Of a stretch of DNA of 64,000 nucleotides, positions 36,609 to 46,793 are shown piece after piece. The position numbers were made by a program, and so were the translations under genes. This DNA comes from a virus. Taxonomy: Duplodnaviria > Caudoviricetes. The DNA lies in the IMG/VR virus record IMGVR_UViG_3300025706_000001, positions 32,001 through 96,000 of that record. One strand, 5' to 3'. Below the pieces are notes generated by a model. It was not told the DNA's origin, did no database searches, and worked only from the letters and a program-made list of their open reading frames with translations. The number at the start of each line of letters is the position of its first letter. The first letter of the stretch is position 1.

Positions 36609-37781
36609 TTACGGCCGTCCGCTGTTGGGTGTCCCTCGATTCGGCGTGCCTCGGTTCGGATATCCGCCCCGATTGCTGCGTCGTTTGTACGCCTGGAAGC
36701 TCCATTCGGACCCGGAGAATCCCCTGGCTTGTTCCTCGTCAACAGCCTGTCCAAAGCGTGTCAGCGGGCCGGGTCGCAGGGTGGATTGCATACGAGCCTT
36801 GACCCAAGCTGCCTCGTCTCCGGTTGCATTGGGGTCTACGACCAGCATTCTTTGACTGCGCCGCCTGAAGCCTGTTGGGGTTGCCATGCGCGGCACGTAA
36901 TCCCCTGTTACGCTGACAAGCCTGTAGGCGTGCTGGTGGCCGGATTGGGTGCCTCGAATGCGCAGGTAGTCCCATACTGCGTACCCGGCGCTTTCTGGTG
37001 ACGTAGAACCCAGGAACGCCTCGTACTTCATCCGGGACACGCCAGCATAGGCGTAAGTTGCACCAGGGGAGTTTGGTCGCTCCTTTTGCTTCATTCCAGG
37101 CGTCCATACCTTGAACGTTACGATCAGCGTCCCCATGTTCGTGGATCGTTGTCCGTACAGGTTGATACTGATCCCACCATCTTCGTCGATGGTGTGTTCA
37201 TCGTTCACCCAGACAAACGAGTACACGTTGGACGATCCGGGGGTCTTGGTGACGATGGCCTCTTCGGCGATGTCTTCCCGATACTCCTCTGGCCAGTTTT
37301 GAATGTTGGAAACGGGGTATTCAGAAGGCACACGAGCGGCCATGCCCTCTTCGCTTTCCCATGCTTCAGCAACACTCTCTTTTGGCTCACCCTGCGGTTC
37401 GGGGGCCTGCTGCGATTTGCGTCGATACGACTCGATCCAACGTTCCAGTCCACGAATCGCGCCCTGAAGCTGCGATCGGTACGGCTCAGGAATTGGCTCA
37501 AGAAGAATCGGGTAGGCGAGATTCAGAAGGGCTTGAATATTGGCGTAACCTTGCCAGTCGCTTGCGTTCGGATCGGCGGCCCTACTGGCAGCGTTGATGA
37601 CTTGGTTGTACAGGTCAACGTTGAACTGGTAGGGCGGTGGCCCTGCGCGGTAATCGGGGGGCGGTGGCGGCGCGCCTCTGTAGTACCGTGGTGGCGGCTC
37701 AGGTTCGGATGGCGACGCACCTCGGCCGCGCATACGGTCAAGATAATCCTTCGCACCACGGAAAACGTCAGACCAAGCCAT
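36609..37781 (-). CDS. KTSC-domain protein
   Basis: 'SSNV.S.....L.VTF.....Y.Y.GV....YE.F....S.G......R' matches the KTSC pattern. Confidence 0.65.
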   Translation of the reverse strand: MAWSDVFRGAKDYLDRMRGRGASPSEPEPPPRYYRGAPPPPPDYRAGPPPYQFNVDLYNQVINAASRAADPNASDWQGYANIQALLNLAYPILLEPIPEPYRSQLQGAIRGLERWIESYRRKSQQAPEPQGEPKESVAEAWESEEGMAARVPSEYPVSNIQNWPEEYREDIAEEAIVTKTPGSSNVYSFVWVNDEHTIDEDGGISINLYGQRSTNMGTLIVTFKVWTPGMKQKERPNSPGATYAYAGVSRMKYEAFLGSTSPESAGYAVWDYLRIRGTQSGHQHAYRLVSVTGDYVPRMATPTGFRRRSQRMLVVDPNATGDEAAWVKARMQSTLRPGPLTRFGQAVDEEQARGFSGSEWSFQAYKRRSNRGGYPNRGTPNRGTPNSGRP

Positions 37782-37782
37782 G

Positions 37783-38013
37783 TTAGTAAATCTCCACAAT
37801 CACTTCGCTGCCAGCACGCTCTAGGGCATCCATGCAGTTCACGCAAAACGGCCGCCGAAAGGTCTTCGGAAGCTGGCCAACGGTAAACTCATGGATGCTG
37901 TAGGGTGGCTCAAGCATCGCTTTGCACCCAAGGTTGGCGCAGCGGAGCGGTTCATTCCTGCTGCGATGATCTCGGTAGTGACGTGCGATACGAATGGCTA
38001 GCATGATGTTCAA
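37783..38013 (-). CDS. Small Cys-motif (possible Zn-binding) protein
   Basis: C....C and CVNC pairs. Confidence 0.5.
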   Translation of the reverse strand: MNIMLAIRIARHYRDHRSRNEPLRCANLGCKAMLEPPYSIHEFTVGQLPKTFRRPFCVNCMDALERAGSEVIVEIY

Positions 38014-38022
38014 GCACCGCCT

Positions 38023-38064
38023 GCGGGCCTAGACCAGAGAAAGGTGTAAGCCGGTCTAGCCCGC
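38023..38064. terminator. Intergenic stem-loop
   Basis: GCGGGC(C)TAGACC...GGTCTAG-CCCGC inverted repeat; no U-tract. Confidence 0.35.
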
Positions 38065-39122
38065 TAGGCGGCGGATTCTACTCCCTCAAGTGCTTCGGCT
38101 TCGATACCCCCGGCCTTCTCGTAGTCCTGGATGACACGGGCGACCTTCTGCGGTGACACAGTTGTCGCCAAACACATGGTCAACTTCTTGTGGATGTACT
38201 TTCTGCGCACTCCATCCAAGTGCATGGCGATGATTCGTGCGTTGATGTCGGTTCCACATTCGTCGTGCGGATCGCAGTCACGCAGGGCTTCAGCGTCTTC
38301 GTTGCGATCGGGCTTGGATCGCATTGTCTGGATGGTGTTGCCCTGCTCAACCATCCCCAGGAAAGCCAGTTCACGCCGCACGGCATCTTCGGTCATGCAC
38401 TTCATAAGTGCAATCTGTCTGACTGACATGTTGGGCAGGTTGGCTAACTGTTCGACGGAGTCCTTGCACGGCTCCCGCTTGCCACGACGACGATTGACGA
38501 CCTCGAACTCGTCTGCCATGCGTTCGCAGCGGGCTTCCCACTCGATCTTGAGTTCTTTCATTCGCTGACGCTCACGCGGGTGGACCCAAGTGGACGGGTC
38601 GTACTCTTCGTCTTCAGGCTTGGCGACAAGCTCTCGACGAACCCGCTCGATGTCAGGCATGTTTGGTGACGACCACCATCCGAGGGCCATTGCGATGGAC
38701 CGCAGGTCAGAACCCATCTCTTTTTGCATCTTTGCACTGGGCGGCTTTTTTGGTGCCGGGGCCTGCATGATTGCCACGATCTCTCTGTATGCCTGCCATA
38801 TCTCAGCAGATCCTCGCGGGTCAATGATCGCAGGCATGTGGCGTCCGTCCCCGGCAGCGGCCCTATCCTGCAGCCAGCGGCGAAGCTCGTCACGCAGCTT
38901 GTCCGACGCCATTGCGATGGCCCAAGCGTCATTCGCGACTTCAGTGGTAAAGAACATGTCAGCCAACGCAGACAGGGCTTGCACAACCTCGTCGCCCAAC
39001 GGCTTGACCATCATATTTTCGTAGCGATGCTTCTCGTCTTCGGTGGGCTTCCAAGCCTCCCACTCCTTGACGATTTCCTGACAGGACTTGATGGCCGTAA
39101 CGGCTGCTTCTCGGGTAATCAA
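38064..39122 (-). CDS. Hypothetical protein (possible HTH elements)
   Basis: 352-aa helical ORF with 'SVRQIA...TEDAVRREL'. Confidence 0.6.
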   Translation of the reverse strand: MITREAAVTAIKSCQEIVKEWEAWKPTEDEKHRYENMMVKPLGDEVVQALSALADMFFTTEVANDAWAIAMASDKLRDELRRWLQDRAAAGDGRHMPAIIDPRGSAEIWQAYREIVAIMQAPAPKKPPSAKMQKEMGSDLRSIAMALGWWSSPNMPDIERVRRELVAKPEDEEYDPSTWVHPRERQRMKELKIEWEARCERMADEFEVVNRRRGKREPCKDSVEQLANLPNMSVRQIALMKCMTEDAVRRELAFLGMVEQGNTIQTMRSKPDRNEDAEALRDCDPHDECGTDINARIIAMHLDGVRRKYIHKKLTMCLATTVSPQKVARVIQDYEKAGGIEAEALEGVESAA

Positions 39123-39133
39123 CCTTCTGCTCC

Positions 39134-39460
39134 TTAAATAACGGTTAAAACAGCGTCTCGAACTACAACTCGCCCACCGTCGGTGGACGCCGTGACGCGA
39201 ATGGAATACTGGGTATTGATTTTCTGGCCGGACACCTTGAACTGAACTGCCTTGCCAACAGCCACGTCCCGCTCCAGAATGCGAACGACTTCAGTGCTAA
39301 CGACTTTATTGCTGAGCGTTAGGTCAGTCGTTGTCACCTCGGCAACGGTCGGCGTTCCTGTTAAAAGCTCATCGGCGTCCAGGTATTCTGTATAGTCGAT
39401 CGAAACGACCTCGGTTTCACCGACAGAAATCACGGGCCGCTGTTCAAGTTTAATTGGCAC
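39134..39460 (-). CDS. Fibre-tail adaptor-like virion protein
   Basis: 'E.....IDY..YL...E.L', 'SG......Y.I....T..GR...R' pattern seen in phage fibre adaptor proteins. Confidence 0.55.
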   Translation of the reverse strand: MPIKLEQRPVISVGETEVVSIDYTEYLDADELLTGTPTVAEVTTTDLTLSNKVVSTEVVRILERDVAVGKAVQFKVSGQKINTQYSIRVTASTDGGRVVVRDAVLTVI

Positions 39461-39463
39461 GGC

Positions 39464-39685
39464 TCACCTTCCTTCGTTGACCCTGTAGTGGGCTGCCTGC
39501 TGCGTAAGGGCATAATGGACTTTTGCTGGAGACAGACGGTAGTGTGGTCGGCTGCTGCCAAGTGCAAGCTCTACACCGGCTGTCTCTGGTGGTTGTTCTA
39601 CGGCGGACGTATAGCCCAATGTCGGCAGATAATGCACTCCCGACCACGCGCCGTACCCACGAACTACGATGGTTGAAGTCGCCAT
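39464..39685 (-). CDS. Small virion protein
   Basis: 73 aa, coupled to its neighbours. Confidence 0.5.
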   Translation of the reverse strand: MATSTIVVRGYGAWSGVHYLPTLGYTSAVEQPPETAGVELALGSSRPHYRLSPAKVHYALTQQAAHYRVNEGR

Positions 39686-40533
39686 TAGCTTGCCCTTGTG
39701 GTCGAGGTTGGTGCGTCGGCGTCATCCAGTGTAAATGTGGCAGCAGTCGTCAGGCCATCCAGCTTTTTGACAGTGCGCGTCGTACCACTGAGTGAAAATT
39801 CGTGCAATGACTGCTGGATCAGGAAGATCGCCTGAGTCAGCGTCGGGGCTACGCCGTCTTCGGCATACGCTTCCGTCATTTGCGTGGTCAGCACGGCCGC
39901 AAACGCCTGTGCGGCAGTTAACTGTGCATCTGCAATCGCCTCCTGCGAATCCGTCGTTTCGTTGTACCCCGCCCCGGCCGTCGTGGCGTTGATCTCGGCC
40001 CGCGTTGCCGTGTCGGCGGTCTTGCCGGCCAGAGCACCGAGCCAATTTGCGAGTGACGTGATGCCGCTGAACAGATTGGCCGTGATTCTGGAGACGAGGT
40101 TGCCAGTGTCTGTCTTGATCGTGTCGAGCTGGTCGCTCAGGGTCTTCAGCGTGTCGCTATCCGCGCCGATGCGAGCGACTGCTGTTGCGCCGCTGTCAGC
40201 GCTTTGTAGGGAGTATTTCAGCCGAATCGGCGCATCCAGCACCACGCCACCCGCGACGGTTCCGCTGATGCCAACGCTCGGCACGCCAGCCACAAAGGCC
40301 GCGTCCGGCACACCGACCCAGTACCAGCCCCGCCCCTCTTCGTAGACTCCGCCGTCGGCGTGTGCGTCGCCAGCCGACTTGTCCGCGAGCGGCGTGATTG
40401 ACACTGGTGCCGCTCCCTCTCGCGCGTACCAGAAGGCAAAGTCGGTGGCCAGCTTGCCGGTCAGGGCAGCGCCCGCCGCTGTCATCGCGCGGACGCGGAC
40501 CCACTGGTCTGTCGAGCCAATCAGGATGTCCAT
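39685..40533 (-). CDS. Virion fibre-associated protein
   Basis: ATG 40533. Ala/Thr-rich with an Ig-like N-part ('GWY.V.VPDAAF..G'). Confidence 0.55.
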   Translation of the reverse strand: MDILIGSTDQWVRVRAMTAAGAALTGKLATDFAFWYAREGAAPVSITPLADKSAGDAHADGGVYEEGRGWYWVGVPDAAFVAGVPSVGISGTVAGGVVLDAPIRLKYSLQSADSGATAVARIGADSDTLKTLSDQLDTIKTDTGNLVSRITANLFSGITSLANWLGALAGKTADTATRAEINATTAGAGYNETTDSQEAIADAQLTAAQAFAAVLTTQMTEAYAEDGVAPTLTQAIFLIQQSLHEFSLSGTTRTVKKLDGLTTAATFTLDDADAPTSTTRAS

Positions 40534-40556
40534 TGTTTCGCCTGCGAAGACTGAAG

Positions 40557-40958
40557 TTACGCTGGGGCAGTCGGGTCTTTCACGTTGATCTTCCACGCTG
40601 GAACATCGACCGTCCCAGCCGCAACGAGGGCCTGCTCCGTACATGTGGTAACGAACCACAGTTTGGACGACCCGTCCGTCAGCGCGATGTGGTCGGCGGT
40701 GCCGCTGATGTCGATCGTAAGGCCGTTCTCAGCGCTGATCGTGCATTTGCGGCCAGACGTGTCATCTTCAATCGTCAGCGTCGGATTGACGACCCTTGCC
40801 AACACTTTACCCGCTCCGGTCCCTTTGTTGGAGTCGGCGTGCTCGAACGTGGTGGGAGCACCCTCACAGATCGTCATTTCTCCAGCCACTGCATCGACAG
40901 CAGCCTTCATCGCGTCGAGGCCGTCGTCCAAAACGTCGTTGTCTGCTAATCGTGCCAT
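40557..40958 (-). CDS. Small structural fibre subunit-like protein
   Basis: 133-aa beta protein ('SGTA.H.AL......L..G..V.VP.W.I....P'). Confidence 0.55.
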   Translation of the reverse strand: MARLADNDVLDDGLDAMKAAVDAVAGEMTICEGAPTTFEHADSNKGTGAGKVLARVVNPTLTIEDDTSGRKCTISAENGLTIDISGTADHIALTDGSSKLWFVTTCTEQALVAAGTVDVPAWKINVKDPTAPA

Positions 40959-40972
40959 GTTCTACTCTCCTA

Positions 40973-42181
40973 CTAGATTACCAGCAGTAGTTGCTGCTGA
41001 AAAAGGACTATCGAAAACACTGAAGTCGTGAGCGTCGGACTGTCGCTGGTGACGATACATTCCGCATCCCCAGGCAATAAGACGTGGTGCTGAGTTAATG
41101 TCGGTGAATCAGATTCTACCAAACACTCGGCGTCACCGATAGACAATATGTAAGTCGGAGTCAGTGTAGCGTTGTCGCTTGTTACCTCGCATTCCGCGTC
41201 GCCGACGGTTAGTACGTGGTGCTGCGTTAGCGTCGGTGATTCCGACTCGACAACACATTGCGAGTCACCAACGGCCAGAGCCTGGTGTTGCGCCAGCGAA
41301 GGCGATTGCGACTCGACTACGCATTCCGCATCGCCAACGGCAAGAACTTGGTGTTGCGTTAGCGTTGGTTCATCGCTAACTACTTCACACTCTGATGCAC
41401 CTACTGTCAGTAGGTGATGCTGCGTTAACGCTGGAGATTCAGAATCAACGATGCACTCCGCGTCCCCAACGGCTAGAACTTGATGCTGGGTGAGAGCAGG
41501 TGATTCGGACTCAACCACACACTCCGCATCGCCAACTGTCAGGACGTAGTATTGCGTCAGTGACGGAGATTGCGATTCGACAACGCATTCCGCATCGTTA
41601 ACGGTAAGCACTTGGTGCTGAGTAAGTGACGGCGATTCGCTAGTTACCTCGACCTCTGAGTTACCGACGGTCAGGGCGTGGTGTTGCGTCAGGGCCGGTG
41701 AATTGCTCGTAACCTCACATTCCGCGTTACCGACTTCTAGTGCTTGATGTTGTGTGAGTGCGGGGGCCTCTGATTCGACTGCACACTCCGCATCGCCGAC
41801 TGCTAAGACTTGATGCTGCGTGAGGCTTGGTGATTCGCTGGTGACTTCACACTCCGAGCCACCGACTGCCAGCGACTGATGCTGAGTTAATGCCGGGGCT
41901 TCAGATTCAACCGCACATTCGGCGTCACCAACAGTCAGCGGTCCATAGTGCTGCGCCAGTGAAGGTGACTGCGACTCAACAACGCACTCGGCGTTACCTA
42001 CCACAAGGACTTGGTGTTGGGTGATCGCCGGCGATTCTGACGCAACCACGCACTCGGCATCGCCGACGGTCAAGACCTGATGCTGAGTTAATGTCGGCGT
42101 TTCGGACTCGACAACGCATTGCACATTGCCGACGGCAAGCGATACCGCGCCAGATTTTCCGTAGAACCACCAGTGAAACAC
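40973..42181 (-). CDS. Tandem-repeat protein, 17 x 22-aa units
   Basis: Consensus LxVGDAECxVxSESPxLTQHQV repeated 17 times (66-nt period). Confidence 0.85.
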   Translation of the reverse strand: MFHWWFYGKSGAVSLAVGNVQCVVESETPTLTQHQVLTVGDAECVVASESPAITQHQVLVVGNAECVVESQSPSLAQHYGPLTVGDAECAVESEAPALTQHQSLAVGGSECEVTSESPSLTQHQVLAVGDAECAVESEAPALTQHQALEVGNAECEVTSNSPALTQHHALTVGNSEVEVTSESPSLTQHQVLTVNDAECVVESQSPSLTQYYVLTVGDAECVVESESPALTQHQVLAVGDAECIVDSESPALTQHHLLTVGASECEVVSDEPTLTQHQVLAVGDAECVVESQSPSLAQHQALAVGDSQCVVESESPTLTQHHVLTVGDAECEVTSDNATLTPTYILSIGDAECLVESDSPTLTQHHVLLPGDAECIVTSDSPTLTTSVFSIVLFQQQLLLVI

Positions 42182-43197
42182 TACTCGCTCCGTCCAGTAA
42201 TCAGGAAGTCATCGCCGGCCGCCGGCGCTTCAGTAAAGGCCGTCGCGACGGTCAAGACCTTTGTCGTGCCGTCGTAGTCGCTGATCTTGCGACTTTGCCC
42301 GGCTAACGCCCCGCTGTAGAAGACCACGAACGCGCCGTTGTAGTGGTCATTGCTCGCCTCTGCCAGATCCGTCTCGAAAGCCGTCGCCGATGGGTCTGGG
42401 TCATCGTCGTCAACCACCGAGCCCGATGGTGTTCCGTCCAGCAGGGCCTTCATTTTGACAACGGCGTCCAGGCCGGTTGCCGAGAGGGCAAAGCCGGTTT
42501 TCGTGTTGACCTCAACCGATAGTTTTGTCGTTCCGCCAGCGTACCCTGTGCCGTCGAACATCAACTCTGCGTTGTCTGCAGCGGTCGCATCGTCGCTGAC
42601 CGCTCTTATGTTCGCCTCCGGAATCTGCATCCCTTCGGGGAGATAGATTTTGTAGGTGTCGTCCGAGTCCGGCCCGCCGCTTACGTTCCAATCGGGCACC
42701 ACAGCACACTGCTGATTGCTGGCCGTGCAGGCTCCGAGGATGCGGGCCTCGACGTTGCTGTCCACCGTCGCCACGCACAAGCAGCCGGAGAATTGATTGT
42801 TAAACAGCACCGTTCCGGCCGCAAGCGTGATGTACCCGGCCGCCCCGCCCTGAGCCGTGCCGCTGGCGAGTTCAACGAGCTTGCGGGGATAGAGTACAAC
42901 GACCGTCGCCTTGCTCGTTGCCGATGCGATGTTGACCACGATGATGTCGCCGGTCATCTCCGCTGCGGTCAGCGTCAGGTAATACTGGCCCTTGTTCCCA
43001 GTAGTGGTGAACGGAATTTCCGTCCCCTCGTTCGTGCAATCGGCCCCCGTGTCACCATTCTTGGAGACTTCGCTGTCACACGTCGCCCCGGTGACAGGAT
43101 CGCCGTCAGCATCCAGGAGAGGAAAGACGATCGTGTAGGGAACTCCGTACACGGGATATGGGAGAGCATTGTTCCGAAAGGCCGTGACTTCAGCCAT
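42181..43197 (-). CDS. Virion/baseplate-fibre protein
   Basis: 338 aa, Gly/Ala/Thr-rich, with two related modules ('...D.Y.I', 'GQSR.I.DY.GTT...TV'). Confidence 0.55.
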   Translation of the reverse strand: MAEVTAFRNNALPYPVYGVPYTIVFPLLDADGDPVTGATCDSEVSKNGDTGADCTNEGTEIPFTTTGNKGQYYLTLTAAEMTGDIIVVNIASATSKATVVVLYPRKLVELASGTAQGGAAGYITLAAGTVLFNNQFSGCLCVATVDSNVEARILGACTASNQQCAVVPDWNVSGGPDSDDTYKIYLPEGMQIPEANIRAVSDDATAADNAELMFDGTGYAGGTTKLSVEVNTKTGFALSATGLDAVVKMKALLDGTPSGSVVDDDDPDPSATAFETDLAEASNDHYNGAFVVFYSGALAGQSRKISDYDGTTKVLTVATAFTEAPAAGDDFLITGRSE

Positions 43198-44073
43198 CTA
43201 CCATACTCCTCTATTGACTGCAGCATAGGGCACGCCGCCGAATCGCTTGATTGTCGGGTGGCCGGTGACTATCGTCGGCTTGTAACTTAGCGGTGCGCGA
43301 TGCCGGAACATCGCAGCGCCGCAGTCGTACAGATTGCGAATCTCGTTTGGCGTCAGACCACGAGACCACGCAGTCCAGCCGGCTGAATAAACGTTGCTTA
43401 ATCCGTTTCCACCGGTGGCACGGCAACCGATCGCAAGATTCCCTGCGATCCTCGGAGTAGTCGTGTAGCCATTTAGTTGCTCGATAGATTGGGCCACCGC
43501 GTCAACGTAAATGACCGTCGAACTCGCTGCGGCAGTCCAGGTGATGACGACGTGATGCCACGAATTATTGAACAGCGAATTGGTCGCTGCTTCCGAAATT
43601 TGGATGTACCCCTGACCTGTATCGGAAGACGCATTGTACGGCCAGACGCCGAACCGTGCTCCGTAGTTGTACAGGCCAACCACACCAGCCAATTCGTTGC
43701 CCGACGAGTACAGGTCTGCGATTGAACCATCGGCGTTTGGGTCCGCGCAACGCAACCAGAAGGCTACGGCGCCGCTTGTAGACTCTGCGATGGACGGTCC
43801 GCCGCTTACGATTCGCTGGTTCGCGGCAGTGACCTTAACGCATATCTCGCTGGGAACTCTCTCACAATTCCCGCCGTCGCACGAGAGGAAAGAGGGGGCG
43901 TTTGTCAGTGCTCCATTTCGCTTGCCGGCTCCGATCTCCAGCAGTGTGCCAGCCGGCCCAACGTAGCCCGGCCAACACGCCACAAGCCCACGCCACAGTG
44001 ACGGCGCAGTCGTGTCCTGACCGAGCGATAGCCCGGCACGGATGCAGTCAGAGCGTGTTGGCTTCCATCGCAT
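43198..44073 (-). CDS. LamG/concanavalin-A-like lectin domain protein
   Basis: 'WHHVVITW.....IYVD', 'L.IG', 'W.R.LT..EI..LY'. Confidence 0.8.
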   Translation of the reverse strand: MRWKPTRSDCIRAGLSLGQDTTAPSLWRGLVACWPGYVGPAGTLLEIGAGKRNGALTNAPSFLSCDGGNCERVPSEICVKVTAANQRIVSGGPSIAESTSGAVAFWLRCADPNADGSIADLYSSGNELAGVVGLYNYGARFGVWPYNASSDTGQGYIQISEAATNSLFNNSWHHVVITWTAAASSTVIYVDAVAQSIEQLNGYTTTPRIAGNLAIGCRATGGNGLSNVYSAGWTAWSRGLTPNEIRNLYDCGAAMFRHRAPLSYKPTIVTGHPTIKRFGGVPYAAVNRGVW

Positions 44074-44645
44074 TACTGGGCTTCATCAACGGTTGGCACC
44101 AAGACGAAGTGGTTCTCCACGTCGTCGTTCTCCAGTGCATCCCCGGCGTTATCCACGACGATCAGTTGGCCGTATCGCGTAGGCGGGTACAGGTCGCCCA
44201 CGTAGCCATTCTGCACGCTGGCCCCGTCATGGACGATCAGGCTACCGATGTAGATGCACTGCTTCAAAAACTCGGCCAACGTGATTGATCCGAGAGCCCC
44301 ATCCGGACATGCGGCATCTGCTCCACTGTTGCCCGCTACGTTGCCGTTTCCAGCCGTCGCGTTGCCGCTCGGAGCCCAGTAGAAATCGAACGTCGCTCCG
44401 ACAGTGGGGGTCTCGCCGGTAAAATCGACAGCAGCAAACAGCGAATAGCGACGTGCCCGCGTGGCTCCAAGATCCGCCTTCGCTGATTGCCGCCCTGCTC
44501 CGTTTGCGAGCGACGCACAGGTGATCGCATAGTCGATCGTCGTCAGGTCCGGCACCCAGTTGGTCCCATCGTCGGCGGGATTGAACGACCCCGACACGCC
44601 GAACGACACTGCCGTGCCTTGCTTTTGTAAAATTTCGCTGGCCAT
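44073..44645 (-). CDS. Virion structural protein
   Basis: 190-aa beta-rich ORF, coupled (TAATG). Confidence 0.55.
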   Translation of the reverse strand: MASEILQKQGTAVSFGVSGSFNPADDGTNWVPDLTTIDYAITCASLANGAGRQSAKADLGATRARRYSLFAAVDFTGETPTVGATFDFYWAPSGNATAGNGNVAGNSGADAACPDGALGSITLAEFLKQCIYIGSLIVHDGASVQNGYVGDLYPPTRYGQLIVVDNAGDALENDDVENHFVLVPTVDEAQ

Positions 44646-45109
44646 TACATGCCTCCCAATCGTCGGGCATCTTCGACGGCCCCCGGCGTCACCGTTCCGA
44701 TTCCGAGTTCCGTTGCCCGGCTGACCGTTTGTTCTCCGAGACTTTTGAATTGTGCTACATCTTGGGCCGTGATCGCCCCCGCTTCTGCGAGAGCATCCAT
44801 GATTGCTCGCGTCGATGGATGCCCGGCATCAATTCCTTCCTCACTCGGCCGCATCCAACCGATTGCCCGCTTGACGATGCTTCCAAGTGGAGTCCCGCTT
44901 GCTGCGACGGTCTCCAACTTCACGAGAAACGTATTTGCCGCAATCGGATCTCCGTTCCAGTCGGCGAGCACATCTCTTTCGTTGACGCGATTGGACATCA
45001 ACACAACGCGATCGGCGTGATTGAGGCTCGCCGCAGCTACCTCTGCATTCATCGCGGCATATCCGCGACTTAGCGGGTCAGTTCGTAATTCAGTAATCAG
45101 CCTATCCAT
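44645..45109 (-). CDS. Hypothetical virion-cluster protein
   Basis: 'L..EL..DP..RGYA.M...SRA.ELG...V...' helical protein. Confidence 0.55.
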   Translation of the reverse strand: MDRLITELRTDPLSRGYAAMNAEVAAASLNHADRVVLMSNRVNERDVLADWNGDPIAANTFLVKLETVAASGTPLGSIVKRAIGWMRPSEEGIDAGHPSTRAIMDALAEAGAITAQDVAQFKSLGEQTVSRATELGIGTVTPGAVEDARRLGGM

Positions 45110-45345
45110 ATCATTGCTTTCTGTCGCCGGACCCAAGGACCGAGCGCGTAGATGAAATTTGCCATTCCTATTCCGTGTCCGTCTCCGTGTCGTCGAGTAA
45201 CGCCTCCGCTGCCGCCTTCAGGATCGCACACAACACACGCCGGCGGTCCCTGCCTTGCAATCGTCGCTTCACGGCCGCGACTGTATCAAGCCCATTGCGG
45301 GCCAACATACGAGCCGCTTCTTCGGGGTCTGACTGCCCGTACACC

Positions 45346-45762
45346 TCATACCGGCGTCCCGTGCAAGCAGGTTTCCAGCGCGAACCACGCGTCGTTGTAT
45401 TCGCCCATTGCGACCATATACGTGGTGACGATCTGCTGATAAACCGGCAACGGCATATAGCCGCCGCTGGCGAGGATCCTGTCGGCCCTCAGCAACTTAT
45501 CAGCCGCGTCGGCGAGAATGAACCACGCTATCATCTCCGAGTACGCCTGTTGCCAGCACGGCGCGCCGTAGGACGGATATTCGCTGCTGTGCGGCGGGTT
45601 GTACCCGCTGGCAAATCTGAGCCCATTGTGTTTCGCTAGGCCCAGCTTGGCGCTCCCCTTTCGCAGTTTCCGCAACGCACGATTGTACGCCGCCCTATCG
45701 GCCGTCACCGGCTTTTTCTCGCAGCAGGCCGCGCATCGTTTCGTAGTCTTCTTTCGTGCCAT
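45346..45762 (-). CDS. Hypothetical protein
   Basis: 138-aa co-oriented ORF. Confidence 0.5.
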   Translation of the reverse strand: MARKKTTKRCAACCEKKPVTADRAAYNRALRKLRKGSAKLGLAKHNGLRFASGYNPPHSSEYPSYGAPCWQQAYSEMIAWFILADAADKLLRADRILASGGYMPLPVYQQIVTTYMVAMGEYNDAWFALETCLHGTPV

Positions 45763-45780
45763 GTTCGTTCAGCCTTTCAA

Positions 45781-46200
45781 TCAGCCGCTCGATCCGCTCC
45801 CTGGTACTACAGGGGTCTGTCGGTCGTTTTTTCGTGATGCCTCCGTATCTCGCAACGCCTGTACAAGTTCCGTTATTGCTCTGCGAAGTTCGGTAAGTTC
45901 GGCTTTGATTTCCAGCCGTTCGGCATGCGCGGCGTCGGTCTTCAGCCGCATGTATTCCGCGTTGATTCGCGAGTCATCACGGATCTGGGCGGCAATCGCC
46001 GGCAGTTCCTGCGCACACTTCGTCCAAGCCACGAGCACGTTGTTCGCCGTCGCGCTCGTATCCTGGTTGCTTTCGCGAACGAGGTAAATGAGTGCGGCGC
46101 AAATCACCACGAGAGCAGATAACACACCGAGCGACAGTACCCATTTGAGCGCGGCGGATGCGGTTGCTTCGTCAGTTAGTTTCTTAATCATGGTGAGCAT
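45781..46200 (-). CDS. Single-TM coiled-coil protein (holin/spanin-like candidate)
   Basis: N-terminal hydrophobic helix followed by a coiled coil. Confidence 0.5.
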   Translation of the reverse strand: MLTMIKKLTDEATASAALKWVLSLGVLSALVVICAALIYLVRESNQDTSATANNVLVAWTKCAQELPAIAAQIRDDSRINAEYMRLKTDAAHAERLEIKAELTELRRAITELVQALRDTEASRKNDRQTPVVPGSGSSG

Positions 46201-46793
46201 CTTTCTACCCCGAAATTCACTTGTTTGGAATCACGTATGATTTTTCCGCCTTCGCATAGCGGACGATCGGCTGATAGTGTCGCTCTTTTCCGCCGTCGTG
46301 CCCGATGTACACGTTGCCGAACGGTTCCCACTGCGGCAGATACCCGCGCACCGCTTCGGCGAGTTCAAACGCGTGATCCGGTCGCTCATATCCAACGCTC
46401 CTCTCTGCATCCGCACCCGGTGCACCAGCGATGCAGCAGCCTATGTACCGGGTGCCGCAGCCAGCGCGTCCATGTCGGCCTTCGTTTGCATAAGCATGTC
46501 ATTCCTGCACTCCCTCTCCGTGATGCACTGTGCCAACGTTTTCTTCCACGGGGTGCCATTCCAGCCAATCGACCGTTCCGCGCGGGAAAAACGCCTCGAC
46601 GTACAGGGCATCGCCAACTGTCACAGCGTGATGGTAAGCCTCTGTACCGAGCGGACAAACGGCGATGCCAGTGTATCTGACGCCGAAAACCACCCCGCGC
46701 CCGTTCCACCGCGGCCCGGTGATCGTCACCTTGTGCCCGTCAACGACGATGTGGATTCGCTCCGCACGGTTGCCGTTATGATACACGTCATAG

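Noticed and set aside
40973-42181. 66-nt periodic repeats as a CRISPR array or DGR
   Set aside because: The repeats are codon-degenerate protein repeats without unique spacers; no cas or reverse transcriptase gene was seen.
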